Source of the DNA: Candidatus Saccharimonadota bacterium
Lineage (GTDB): Bacteria; Patescibacteriota; Saccharimonadia; Saccharimonadales; OFTM59
Direction: 5' to 3'
Length of the DNA stretch: 64,000 nt
Assembly (NCBI GenBank): GCA_029260855.1
Contig: JAJDCK010000004.1
Span: 18,312-82,311, forward strand
Positions 9,631 through 19,591 of the stretch are shown here, one piece after another. The stretch's first letter is position 1. Each line of letters begins with the position of its first letter. Below the pieces are notes generated by a model, which was not told the origin of the DNA, did not search any database, and was given only the letters and a program-made list of their open reading frames with translations. A program made the translations under genes and the position numbers.

Positions 9631-10058
9631 AAAAAATAGAAACCAACAAAAGCGTGCGCTACGAACTTGATTTGGCAGAGAGAACTGACCTGGTGGTTTG
9701 TGCGCAAAATGTTATTGTTAATTCTTACCCAATTTCTGGCGATGGATATGCTGCCGCTCTAATGACAGTTTCAGGTAGTATTTACGAAGGAGTATCTTAT
9801 AAATCTGAAACCCACACACTAACGATGCATGCCGAAGCGACAGCACTAGCCAATGCTGCGATCCATGGAGAGACAGATGTAGTCGCAATAACTGGTCCGA
9901 ACTGTCACATATGCAAACAGCTAATTTATGAGAATGGTCTTAACTCAGGTATAGACATAATGATAATCATGGATGATGAAAACGGGCAACACGATGTACC
10001 CATATCAGAAATGATGCCCTATGCATGGCCACTATTGAAGGGCAAAAATGAAAGTTAG
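9627..10058 (+). CDS. cdd: Cytidine deaminase-like zinc protein
   Basis: HAE and PNCHIC zinc motifs; overlaps both pheS and pheT. Confidence 0.8.
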   Translation: MKKIETNKSVRYELDLAERTDLVVCAQNVIVNSYPISGDGYAAALMTVSGSIYEGVSYKSETHTLTMHAEATALANAAIHGETDVVAITGPNCHICKQLIYENGLNSGIDIMIIMDDENGQHDVPISEMMPYAWPLLKGKNES

Positions 10059-12537
10059 CCTTAATTGGGTCAAAGAACTTACAGACGTCAAGCTTACTGT
10101 TGATGAGCTTGTTGAAAAGATTGGGGTGCAACTGGGGGCTGTTGAAGAAGTTATAGACCTAGGCAAAAAGTACGAGGGTATAGTTGTGGCTAAGGTTGTA
10201 GCGTGTGAAAAGCATCCGAACGCCGACAAACTGCAGGTCTGTACTATTGACGACGGTGGTACTACACCCGATGTCAAGAGGGGTAAAGACGGGTTGGTAC
10301 AGCTAGTCTGCGGAGCACCGAATGTTGCCGCAGGGCTGCTGGTGGCATGGTTGCCTCCGGGCACGGTTGTACCGGGTAGTTATGACAAAGAAGCTTTTAA
10401 GCTGGAGGCAAGAGAGATACGCGGCGTAGTAAGTAATGGAATGCTAGCTAGCCCTAGTGAGTTAGCGATTAGCGATGACCATGGCGGAATCTTGGAGATA
10501 GATGACGCAAAGCCCGGCGATAGCTTTTCAAAAGTTTACGGCCTAGACGATTATATTATTGATATTGAAAACAAAATGTTTACGCATCGTCCAGATCTAT
10601 TTGGCGTGCTTGGCGTTGCCCGCGAAATCGCTGGTATCCAGCACAAAGCGTTTCATACCAAATTTTGGGACTGGAACCGTCTAGCTAAGCCGCCACTTAA
10701 AGCGGAGTTATTGCCGTTACAAGTCAAAAACGAGTTACCTAAACTCGTACCACGTTTTATGGCCCAAGTCATCCGAGGAGTTGAGGTAAAGCCATCTAGC
10801 TCCAAGCAAGAAAGTCGTTTATCTAGGCTTGGAATTAAATCTATCAACAACATAGTTGATGTAACAAATTGGGCTATGATGCTGACTGGGCAGCCGATGC
10901 ATGCCTATGATTACGATAAGGTTAAAACTCTTAGCGGAGGCCAGGCAACTATAGTGATCCGCCATCCTAAACCAGGCGAAAAGATTAAACTGCTGAACGG
11001 AAAAATAATTGAACCGCGTCCAGAGGCAATTGTAATAGCAACCGACAAAGAGCTGATCGGTATTGGTGGTGTTATGGGTGGAGCTGATACTGAAGTTGAT
11101 GAAAACACTAAGAATATTATCCTAGAGTGCGCCAATTTTGACATGTATTCTATCCGTCGCACAGCTATGGAACACGGCTTATTTACTGAAGCGGTAACGC
11201 GCTTTACTAAAGGACAAAGTCCCCTGCAGAACGACAAGGTTATGCTTCTGGCGGTTAATAGTATTGTCGGTGAAGAGGCGGGGGGTGATCTTATAGGTGA
11301 GTTTATCGACATAAAAGGCGACATTAGGCCCCCAGTATCAGTACATGCGAGGCATGACTTTATTAATGCGCGCCTTGGGCTTGAGCTTGGCATCAAAGAA
11401 ATGGCGAAGTTGCTAGAAAACGTGGAGTTTGATGTGGCTATAAATGGCCCTACGCTAGCTGTAACGCCTCCGTTTTGGAGGACTGACATAGAAATTCCGG
11501 AAGACATCGTGGAAGAAGTTGGCCGGCTGTACGGCTATGACCATTTACCGCTTGAGTTGCCCAAGCGAAGCCTGACGCCACCACACAAAGACAAGCTGAT
11601 TGAGCTAAAAAATCAGATCAGAAACACGCTTGCTGCCGCTGGCGCCAATGAGCTTCAGAACTACAGTTTTGTGCATGGCGACCTGTTGGACAAAATAGGG
11701 CAGGACAAAGAAAGAGCCTTCAAGCTCTCCAACGCCCTAAGCCCCGACCTGCAATACTACCGTACGACGCTCGCGCCCAGCCTGCTCGATAAAGTTCACA
11801 TGAACCTAAAGGCTGGACATAATGAATTTGCTCTGTTTGAGTTTGGGAAAGTTCATTACAAAGGCGAGTGGGAACCGGGTGAACCAAGCGTGCCGCTAGA
11901 AGACAACCACTTAGCACTTGTCATTACCAATAATAAGAATGATCCACAACAAGGATCGGCTTACTACCGCGCAAGAAAATTTTTAGAACAAATTGCCGAT
12001 ACATCAGATTGGCGTTGGGTGCCTCTCGCAGATTTCGATCTAAATAAAGATAAGTGGGGACGAAATGTGGTTGCACCGTATGAACCCAAACGTGCGGCAG
12101 TTATTGTTCAGGATGATGAAATATGGGGGGTAGTCGGCGAAATAAAGACAGATGTAGCGCGAGCATTAAAGTTGCCAGAGTATACGGCTGCATTTGAAAT
12201 TAACTTAGGCAAAATCTCTGATTTCAAGAATGCCTATACGTCATTGCCGCGGTTCCCGAAAGTGGAGCAGGATATTTCATTGAAAGTACCGGCGAAAGTC
12301 ACCTACGGAGAATTATTTGGACTAGTCCGCAGCGAAATTAATGCCAAAAAACCCAAGCATACAATCACGACACTAACGCCACTTGATATTTATCAGAAAG
12401 AAAAACCACACAAGCAAATTACTCTGCGCCTGAGTATCGCCTCCTATGAACGTACCCTGACCGACAAGGAGGTTAACGGCTTGTTGGATGAAGCTGCTAA
12501 AGCTGCTGAAAAGAAATTCGGCGCATTAAGGTTATAA
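10048..12537 (+). CDS. pheT: Phenylalanyl-tRNA synthetase beta subunit
   Basis: HPNADKL, CGAPN, HRPD, DIVEEVGRLYGY. Confidence 0.97.
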   Translation: MKVSLNWVKELTDVKLTVDELVEKIGVQLGAVEEVIDLGKKYEGIVVAKVVACEKHPNADKLQVCTIDDGGTTPDVKRGKDGLVQLVCGAPNVAAGLLVAWLPPGTVVPGSYDKEAFKLEAREIRGVVSNGMLASPSELAISDDHGGILEIDDAKPGDSFSKVYGLDDYIIDIENKMFTHRPDLFGVLGVAREIAGIQHKAFHTKFWDWNRLAKPPLKAELLPLQVKNELPKLVPRFMAQVIRGVEVKPSSSKQESRLSRLGIKSINNIVDVTNWAMMLTGQPMHAYDYDKVKTLSGGQATIVIRHPKPGEKIKLLNGKIIEPRPEAIVIATDKELIGIGGVMGGADTEVDENTKNIILECANFDMYSIRRTAMEHGLFTEAVTRFTKGQSPLQNDKVMLLAVNSIVGEEAGGDLIGEFIDIKGDIRPPVSVHARHDFINARLGLELGIKEMAKLLENVEFDVAINGPTLAVTPPFWRTDIEIPEDIVEEVGRLYGYDHLPLELPKRSLTPPHKDKLIELKNQIRNTLAAAGANELQNYSFVHGDLLDKIGQDKERAFKLSNALSPDLQYYRTTLAPSLLDKVHMNLKAGHNEFALFEFGKVHYKGEWEPGEPSVPLEDNHLALVITNNKNDPQQGSAYYRARKFLEQIADTSDWRWVPLADFDLNKDKWGRNVVAPYEPKRAAVIVQDDEIWGVVGEIKTDVARALKLPEYTAAFEINLGKISDFKNAYTSLPRFPKVEQDISLKVPAKVTYGELFGLVRSEINAKKPKHTITTLTPLDIYQKEKPHKQITLRLSIASYERTLTDKEVNGLLDEAAKAAEKKFGALRL

Positions 12538-12648
12538 AGCCAGGACCCGGTTGAAGCAGACCACTAGGTATAATGTTTAGATGAATAAAAAGTGCTTGTC
12601 AGTAATAGTTAATAACCCCTATACTAGTATATGAACTAAGGAGGGTAT

Positions 12649-13188
12649 ATGTCTAACCCCAAACGGGTCGTTGTTTTATTATTGGCAGTTTTGTTCTTGG
12701 GGACATCAATAGCCTTTACGGTAGCAGTGGTGCTAGATATGCGCAAACAAACTAGCCAGACCAGCGAATTAGCAGAGAGCGAGATTTCAGGATCAACTAA
12801 TCAGAACCAGGAGGATAAAAATATGTTGCAAGGCACAAAACTGGCAGATTTTACGCCAGTCGCCCAAGTCACAGATCTACAGAAGATTGATTTAGAGGAG
12901 GGGACTGGTGCAGTAGTACAGCCAGGCGCGACTGTGACCGCACACTACACTGGTGCGCTGGCTAAAGACGGTACAATATTCCAGAGTTCACACGACTTCG
13001 GCCAACCAATACCGTTCGGGCTTAATGATGTGATTAAGGGCTGGACCGACGGTGTGCCCGGTATGAAGGTCGGCGGGAAAAGGCGATTATTAATCCCGGC
13101 TGCGCAAGCCTATGGTTCTGAAGAACAGCAGGGCATCCCAGCTAATTCTGATTTAGTATTTGATATAGAGGTTGTTTCCCTACAGTAG
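12649..13188 (+). CDS. Membrane-anchored FKBP-type peptidyl-prolyl isomerase
   Basis: N-terminal TM; HYTG, VIKGW, GMKVGGKR, IPANSDLVFDIE; AAGGAGG SD upstream. Confidence 0.93.
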   Translation: MSNPKRVVVLLLAVLFLGTSIAFTVAVVLDMRKQTSQTSELAESEISGSTNQNQEDKNMLQGTKLADFTPVAQVTDLQKIDLEEGTGAVVQPGATVTAHYTGALAKDGTIFQSSHDFGQPIPFGLNDVIKGWTDGVPGMKVGGKRRLLIPAAQAYGSEEQQGIPANSDLVFDIEVVSLQ

Positions 13189-13226
13189 ACAAAACTTGCG
13201 TAGTAAGGGGATAAATACAGCAAAAA

Positions 13227-13273
13227 ACACAACATGTAGCGTATTGACTATGTATCGCTACGCTAGTTATAAT
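13227..13273 (+). promoter_or_regulatory. Sigma70-type promoter with adjacent candidate NrdR box
   Basis: ACACAACATGTAGCGT at 13227-13242, TTGACT at 13244-13249, TATAAT at 13268-13273. Confidence 0.55.
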
Positions 13274-13335
13274 GTGGTTAGTAAAACGGCACTATAAATA
13301 ATAAACATATAAACAATCAAACGAGGGGGTCTAAG

Positions 13336-13584
13336 ATGCCTAAAAACATCACAGTTTTTACTACTAACACTTGCGGGTACTGTCTGATGGTCAAAAAATG
13401 GCTAAGTGCTAAGGGTCACACGTACGAAGAGGTTAACCTGGACACCAATCCTGTTCGTCAACAAGAAGCTATCGCATTAAGCGGCCAGCTTTCTGTGCCG
13501 ATTACGGTTATAACTAAACAGGATGACAGTAAAGAAGTGGTGATTGGCTATAATCCCGCCAAGCTAGCCCCTGCTGTTGCCTAA
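13336..13584 (+). CDS. Glutaredoxin / NrdH-like redoxin
   Basis: CGYC active site, SVP cis-Pro motif, 82 aa. Confidence 0.9.
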   Translation: MPKNITVFTTNTCGYCLMVKKWLSAKGHTYEEVNLDTNPVRQQEAIALSGQLSVPITVITKQDDSKEVVIGYNPAKLAPAVA

Positions 13585-13721
13585 GATATTTACTGCTCGT
13601 GCACACTAAAGCAATGTATCAATAATTATCTAAGGCGCTGTTCTGGTTGCAAGCACTTTCGTGGCAAATGAAGTAAAATAGATTTCTAATAGTAATAGTA
13701 ATGAGAAATGGCTAATGACTA

Positions 13722-14663
13722 ATGACTAAAGCGGAGTTGCATGACGTAGTTATGGTGGGCGCGGGACCTGCAGCGCTAGCGGCAGCACTTTATACAACAC
13801 GCGAAGATATAGACACCGTACTTTATGAAAAGGGCGTAATCGGCGGTCTAGCGGCAATCACTGATTGGGTGGATAACTATCCTGGCTTTCCAGACGGATT
13901 GGCTGGTTTAGATCTATCAGAAAAATTGCAAAAGCAAGCGGAGAGGTTTGGCGCTGACATCCGTCTGGGCGCTGTGCTGAAAATTACAGATAAAGGCGAG
14001 GTCAAGGAGCTAGAAACCACAGACGGATTAATTCAGGCCAAAACCGTTCTTATAGCGACGGGTAGTGACTATAAAAAGCTCGGAATTCCTGGCGAAGAAG
14101 AATACTATGCTCGCGGAGTCCACTATTGTGCTACGTGTGACGGTGCCTTTTACCGCGAGAAACGTTTGGTGGTTGTTGGTGGTGGTAATTCTGCAGTTCA
14201 GGAGACCATATTCTTAACACGGTTTGCTAGCCACATTGACTTGTTGGTTAGGGGCGATACTTTACGCGCATCAGAAGTTTTGCAGCAGGAGTTGAAGAAG
14301 TATAGCGACAAGGTGGCTGTGCACTTTAACACAACTACACAAAAAATTGTCGGTAAGGACAATAAGGTTACAGGTGTCCAGGGTGTCAGCACGAAAAACG
14401 GCAAAAACGTTAATTTTGAAACCGACGGAGTTTTTGTGTTTATAGGTCTGCTGCCCAACACGAGTTTTTTAGAGGGCTCAGGCATAGCGTTAGATGATAT
14501 AGGTATGATCAGGACGGGTGACAACCTGGAGACAAGTATGCCAGGGGTGTTTGCCGCAGGTGATGTTCGTTCAGGGGCAACAATGCAAATTGCCAGTGCG
14601 ACGGGTGAGGGTGCGACGGCAGCTCTTATGATCAGAAAGTATCTTGAACCGCATACACACTAA
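13722..14663 (+). CDS. trxB: Thioredoxin reductase
   Basis: GAGPA, CATCDG, GGGNSA, FAAGD. Confidence 0.95.
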   Translation: MTKAELHDVVMVGAGPAALAAALYTTREDIDTVLYEKGVIGGLAAITDWVDNYPGFPDGLAGLDLSEKLQKQAERFGADIRLGAVLKITDKGEVKELETTDGLIQAKTVLIATGSDYKKLGIPGEEEYYARGVHYCATCDGAFYREKRLVVVGGGNSAVQETIFLTRFASHIDLLVRGDTLRASEVLQQELKKYSDKVAVHFNTTTQKIVGKDNKVTGVQGVSTKNGKNVNFETDGVFVFIGLLPNTSFLEGSGIALDDIGMIRTGDNLETSMPGVFAAGDVRSGATMQIASATGEGATAALMIRKYLEPHTH

Positions 14664-14746
14664 AAAGACCAACAAGTAAGATATTTCACATACAACACTA
14701 AAGCGCTAGGAATAGACTGTCTTAACAGTAACGAAGGATTGACGAT

Positions 14747-15202
14747 ATGACGATTTACGAGCTTTGCTTATTGCATTCTCGGGCTGACCGAGCTCTTCGT
14801 ACGGTTGTTGCAGAGCAGCTTAGTTCACAAAACCTTACTATGATGCAGTGGTTGATGCTCGGTGTTGTTGGGGCCGGTCCTAGAGACGGCCTGAGCATGG
14901 GCTCGATCGCCGAACAGCTAGGCATAACTCTGCCGCAGGTTACCGCGTTGTTGTCTGCTCTGACTAAGAGACGCCTAACTAAACTTAAATCTCAACGACA
15001 CGACCGCCGTAGCAGACATGCGTTGATCTCTCCAAAGGGTGAGGAGGCGCTAAAAATAGCTAGTGAAACTATTGAAAATAGGCTAGGCGACCTTTTTCCT
15101 GCTGGCAGGCGCCAGTCGTATATGGGGATGTTGGAACATATCATTCCTGGCGAAACGGAGTCAGTAGTAATTGATGTTACGAAGGCAAGTAAAACAACTT
15201 AA
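14747..15202 (+). CDS. MarR-family transcriptional regulator
   Basis: LTMMQW, winged HTH, DRRS wing motif. Confidence 0.85.
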   Translation: MTIYELCLLHSRADRALRTVVAEQLSSQNLTMMQWLMLGVVGAGPRDGLSMGSIAEQLGITLPQVTALLSALTKRRLTKLKSQRHDRRSRHALISPKGEEALKIASETIENRLGDLFPAGRRQSYMGMLEHIIPGETESVVIDVTKASKTT

Positions 15203-15224
15203 ACAATACACGACGCTGTAGGTC

Positions 15225-15944
15225 TTATTGAGCAAATTTGTTAACGCGAGAGCGTTTTGTAGTTATTCCACGGCGTTTGCGTTTAATGAATTTGTTTGGA
15301 TAATTTGTGCATATCCACGCTCCCGGGTAGAGTGTTCTGATAAAACGAGCAAAGAAATGGTGGTTGACGGTGTAAACCATGATCGTAAGGTTTAGGCGCT
15401 GCGCCAACCAATAAGTTAAGGGGTTCATAATCCAGAAGTTAATGTCAATTCCGTCAGCTTCGTATGCACGGGCATATGTTATGGCTTCAAAAGGATTGAC
15501 CACAACTCTTATAAAACCTGGGATTTCTGGGCGTAATTGTTTAAGGACTTTAATCTCGGAATACACAGGAGAGGCGATGATGACGTTGGCGTTTGGAAAA
15601 TCTCTGAGTACCGTTAAAACAGCTTTGACTCCGCCCTCAACCTTAACCTCAATAATTGCTTGGGTTTTTCCAACACTTGCCAGTGCTTGGCTTAGGTGTG
15701 CTATGGATTCGCCGTCGTTTAACTTAATCCTTTTTAGTTCATAATAAGTGGAGCCGGAAACTTTATACTTGCCTCCACCAATACGGGCTAGTTTGTCGTC
15801 GTGACTCAGCACTGGCTGACCGTCGTTAGTTAATCGAACATCAAATTCAACCGCATCCACGCCTATTGCAATAGCCTTTCGTATGGACGTAATAGTGTTT
15901 TCCAGTCTTAAACCGGCAGCACCGCGGTGCCCAATTATTTTCAT
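15225..15944 (-). CDS. Glycerophosphodiester phosphodiesterase
   Basis: IGHRG, ENT, EFDV, HD, IEVK, YTVN; ATG at 15944. Confidence 0.92.
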   Translation of the reverse strand: MKIIGHRGAAGLRLENTITSIRKAIAIGVDAVEFDVRLTNDGQPVLSHDDKLARIGGGKYKVSGSTYYELKRIKLNDGESIAHLSQALASVGKTQAIIEVKVEGGVKAVLTVLRDFPNANVIIASPVYSEIKVLKQLRPEIPGFIRVVVNPFEAITYARAYEADGIDINFWIMNPLTYWLAQRLNLTIMVYTVNHHFFARFIRTLYPGAWICTNYPNKFIKRKRRGITTKRSRVNKFAQ

Positions 15945-15987
15945 GTTATATCTAGTGTACAATACAAGGGAAAATAAGGAGAACAAG

Positions 15988-16506
15988 ATGGCAGATCTAG
16001 GCTATGGCGATGACGCACCAAACGTTGTGAATGTTGTAATTGAAATTCAGCGCGGCAGCCGAAATAAAATAGAGGTTGATAAAAAAACCGGGCGATTGTT
16101 TCTGGATCGTGTGAACGGCACGCTGCTTGGCTATCCGACTGATTATGGGTATGTCCCAGATACTTTGTGTGAAGACGGAGACCCACTAGACGCACTAGTA
16201 GTTATTGATGAATCATTACCGCACGGAGTTGTTGCGCCAGTGCGCGCGGTTGGTGTTTTATATTTTGAAGACGACGGTGAAATGGATGAAAAGCTTATTT
16301 GCGTTGCAGCTGATGATATCAGCAAAGACCACATACAGTCGCTAGATGATTTAGGCGAAGCATTTAAAAAGAACATTGAACACTTCTACGCTCATTACAA
16401 GGACTGGAAGAAAGACTGGAAGGGCGTGAGCGCAGTGCTCAAAGGTTGGGGCGGCCCAGAAGATGCCCGCAAAGTGATTGAAGAGTCAATTGCCCGCGCA
16501 AACTAA
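15988..16506 (+). CDS. ppa: Inorganic pyrophosphatase (family I)
   Basis: YGYVPDTL, DGDPLD, DEK, FYAHYK; AAGGAG SD before ATG 15988. Confidence 0.95.
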   Translation: MADLGYGDDAPNVVNVVIEIQRGSRNKIEVDKKTGRLFLDRVNGTLLGYPTDYGYVPDTLCEDGDPLDALVVIDESLPHGVVAPVRAVGVLYFEDDGEMDEKLICVAADDISKDHIQSLDDLGEAFKKNIEHFYAHYKDWKKDWKGVSAVLKGWGGPEDARKVIEESIARAN

Positions 16507-16519
16507 ACAATAATCCTCA

Positions 16520-17104
16520 ATGAAAAAAGTTATTCCGGAAAATGCGGTTCTAGTTCCGGAAAATGCTGAAAAAGTATTTTCCGGAGAGATATTTGATGTA
16601 TACCAGTGGCCACAAAAAATGTTTGATGGTTCGTATGCCACTTTTGAAATGCTTAAGAGGCCCGATACTATAAATGTAATTTGTATAGTTGACGATAAAA
16701 TTTTAATTTTGGACGAAGAACAACCGCACCACGGTGTGCGCACGAATGTTCCGCTTGGGCGCATTGATAAAAAGGATATTAATACACTCGAGGGCGCAAA
16801 GCGTGAAGTCGTTGAGGAGACAGGTTACGAATTTGAAAATTGGCGCTTAGTAGAGGTGGTGCAGTTCTATGCAAAGATTGAATGGTTTATGTATGTTTAT
16901 GTAGCTTGGGGTGTAAAAGCCCAGCGGGCACCAAAACTTGATCCAGGAGAGACTATTACTATTCGCAAGGAAAGTTTAGAAAACGTAAAGAAAAGCGCTC
17001 TTTATGATCTCGCCGGTAATGAAAAGGGTATATTTAATAGAGTTGATTCCGTTGATGAATTAGTGGCTCTGCCCGAGTTTACTGGTCGAGATGTCGATCG
17101 CTAG
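16520..17104 (+). CDS. NUDIX hydrolase
   Basis: Nudix box G..D....GAKREVVEETGY. Confidence 0.88.
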   Translation: MKKVIPENAVLVPENAEKVFSGEIFDVYQWPQKMFDGSYATFEMLKRPDTINVICIVDDKILILDEEQPHHGVRTNVPLGRIDKKDINTLEGAKREVVEETGYEFENWRLVEVVQFYAKIEWFMYVYVAWGVKAQRAPKLDPGETITIRKESLENVKKSALYDLAGNEKGIFNRVDSVDELVALPEFTGRDVDR

Positions 17105-17169
17105 TTGCGCGAAGGGCGCGTCTCCTTATACAATAGCGTTAATGTTTATAACAAGGTGGGGCTAATAAT

Positions 17170-18210
17170 ATGAAGACACAGGTAGCGATCAACGGTTTTG
17201 GTCGCATTGGGCGTAATGCATTTAAGGTGGCGTTTGAGCGTACCGATATGGAAATTGTTGCAATCAATGACCTGACTGACACTAAAACTTTAGCTCACCT
17301 TCTGAAGCACGACAGTAATTACGGTACGTATGAACACGATGTGAGCTATGACGACACTGGCATTATTGTAGACGGTAAGCATATAACCGTATTTGCCGAG
17401 AAAGAGCCGTCGGCCTTACCGTGGGGCAAACATAAAATTGATGTGGTTATTGAGTCTACAGGCTTTTTCGTGAAACCGGAGCTTGCTCGGGCCCATATTG
17501 ACGCGGGTGCTAAAAAGGTTGTTATCTCTGCGCCTGCTAAAGGCGAAGGTGCGACCACTATTGTCCTAGGCGTAAACGAAGACGAGCTTGAAGGCGCAGA
17601 AGATATAATCAGTAATGCCTCTTGTACGACTAACTGCATTACACCTGTCGCCTCAATCATAGAAGGTGCATTTGGTATTGAAAAAGCCATGATGACCACG
17701 ATACACAGCTATACTGCGAGTCAAAAATTGCAAGATGCACCAGCAAAAGATTTACGTGAAGCCAGAAACGCTGCTGAGAATATCGTACCTACCACGACAG
17801 GGGCCTCAATAGCGGCTGGCCAAGCATTGCCAGCGTTACAAGGCATCTTCGGTGGTATGTCGGTGCGTGTGCCGACCCCAGTGGTGAGCCTTAGTGACTT
17901 TGTGATAATTACGAAAAAGCCTGTAACAATTGAATCAGTGAACGAGGCTTTTAAAAAGGCTGCCAAAGAGCCATATTACCAAGGTATTTTGGATGTGACT
18001 GAAGAAGAACTGGTGTCATCAGATTTTATCGGTAACAGCCACTCAGCCATTGTGGACCTGAAGCTTACAGCTGTTGTAGGAGGCAATATGTTAAAAGTGG
18101 TAGCGTGGTATGACAACGAATGGGGCTATTCTAACCGTTTGGTTGAGGTCGTGGCAGATGCCGGAGCTATGCTCCATAAAAAAGAAGATCATTCAGAACA
18201 CCATAACTAA
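17170..18210 (+). CDS. gap: Glyceraldehyde-3-phosphate dehydrogenase (type I)
   Basis: INGFGRIGR, SNASCTTNC, WYDNEWGY. Confidence 0.98.
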   Translation: MKTQVAINGFGRIGRNAFKVAFERTDMEIVAINDLTDTKTLAHLLKHDSNYGTYEHDVSYDDTGIIVDGKHITVFAEKEPSALPWGKHKIDVVIESTGFFVKPELARAHIDAGAKKVVISAPAKGEGATTIVLGVNEDELEGAEDIISNASCTTNCITPVASIIEGAFGIEKAMMTTIHSYTASQKLQDAPAKDLREARNAAENIVPTTTGASIAAGQALPALQGIFGGMSVRVPTPVVSLSDFVIITKKPVTIESVNEAFKKAAKEPYYQGILDVTEEELVSSDFIGNSHSAIVDLKLTAVVGGNMLKVVAWYDNEWGYSNRLVEVVADAGAMLHKKEDHSEHHN

Positions 18211-18223
18211 GGGGTGACACATA

Positions 18224-18670
18224 ATGAAAATTTACGTTGGAACTGACCATAACGGTTTCCGTATGCGAGAAGGGCTAATAAAGCACCTACAAAAGGGCGG
18301 CTATGAAGTGGTAGATGTAGGTAGCGGCCAAATGGACCCCCAAGACGATTTCCCTACTTTTGCTCAACGGGTCGTGACAGATATGCTAGCTAGTGATAAC
18401 CCGGATCCGCGCGGTATATTGCTATGTGGCAGCGGCCAAGGGATGTGCATTGCAGCTAATCGTTTTAAGGGCATTAGGGCTGCGTTGCTCTATGATAAAG
18501 AGTCGGCACGCTCTTCACGTAATGATGATGATACTAACATTGCTTGTTTGCCTGCTCGTGTACTGGAAAAAGATGAAGCTAACCAGATTATTGAAACATG
18601 GCTAAACACGCCATTTGCCAAAGCGCCGCGTTTTGTCCGTCGCATTCATGCACTTGATGAGCTAAACTAA
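18224..18670 (+). CDS. rpiB: Ribose-5-phosphate isomerase B
   Basis: GTDHNG, CGSGQG, ANRFKGIRA. Confidence 0.93.
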   Translation: MKIYVGTDHNGFRMREGLIKHLQKGGYEVVDVGSGQMDPQDDFPTFAQRVVTDMLASDNPDPRGILLCGSGQGMCIAANRFKGIRAALLYDKESARSSRNDDDTNIACLPARVLEKDEANQIIETWLNTPFAKAPRFVRRIHALDELN

Positions 18671-19570
18671 GTGACCATGCAGGTGTACAGTTATAAACCG
18701 CAAAATTATCATAATAAGCGGCCCAAAAATGATTTACCAAAAAAATTAATTTATGCCACAGTATTCTTAATAGTTATAGGTCTTGCTGTCTTTTTTATTA
18801 ACAAAGAGCCAGCGCTAGCCCCGGTCACAAATACACAAAATACGTCTGTTGAAAATACCTCACAAACGCCTAACATAGAGCCACTTCCGAATGTTCAAGA
18901 TATAGTTGATAGCTTCGCAGAAAGTAATGCTGGTACATACAGTGTTGTCGTAACCGATTTAGCAACTGGGGGTGAGCTGGCTGCTTACGGAATCGATGGA
19001 TCGTATTTTGCCGCCAGTATATATAAGCTCTATGTTGCCTATTTGGGCTACATAGACATCCAAGAAGGCAAATATTCGCTTGACGACGCTTTTTTTGGCG
19101 ACTGGACCCGCAAAGAATGTCTAGACAAAATGATTAGAGAATCGCATAGTCCTTGTGCAGAAAAACTATGGGTAGAGCAAGGTAAGGAGAAGTCAACGGC
19201 ACGTCTTGAGGAAAAATTTGAATTATCCGGCACTTCAATGGTTGGGCTGACCACAACTGCTAAAGATGTGAATATAATTTTAGAACGGCTGCATGGCGGC
19301 AAAGACCTTAACGAAAGCAACATGGCCTTATTCATGGATTCGCTAAAACAGAATATATATAGGGATGTATTGCCCGCAGCGTTACCAGAGCTAACGGTTT
19401 ATGACAAGGTGGGTTTCAACGGTCTTGTTGAATATCATGATATTGGCATTGTGAGGCTAAAAAATGGCCGCGAGGTTGCCATAACCCTGCTTTCAACAAA
19501 TGCCGGGACTAGGCGACTTGTGGCTCTGACACAAGCTATATTTAATCCACTTATTGCTGCCAACCAGTAA
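18671..19570 (+). CDS. Membrane-anchored class A beta-lactamase-like serine hydrolase
   Basis: N-terminal TM, low-complexity linker, AASIYK (SxxK), SHS, DKVG; start may be 18677. Confidence 0.8.
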   Translation: MTMQVYSYKPQNYHNKRPKNDLPKKLIYATVFLIVIGLAVFFINKEPALAPVTNTQNTSVENTSQTPNIEPLPNVQDIVDSFAESNAGTYSVVVTDLATGGELAAYGIDGSYFAASIYKLYVAYLGYIDIQEGKYSLDDAFFGDWTRKECLDKMIRESHSPCAEKLWVEQGKEKSTARLEEKFELSGTSMVGLTTTAKDVNIILERLHGGKDLNESNMALFMDSLKQNIYRDVLPAALPELTVYDKVGFNGLVEYHDIGIVRLKNGREVAITLLSTNAGTRRLVALTQAIFNPLIAANQ

Positions 19571-19591
19571 CGCTTGAGCTATAATTTGTAT

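Noticed and set aside
13687..13729. Short TAATAG/TAATGAC tandem units before trxB
   Set aside because: Low-complexity AT-rich sequence, too short to support a function
16533..16566. TTCCGGAAAATGC direct repeat at the NUDIX 5' end
   Set aside because: Explained by the encoded PENA peptide repeat; only two copies
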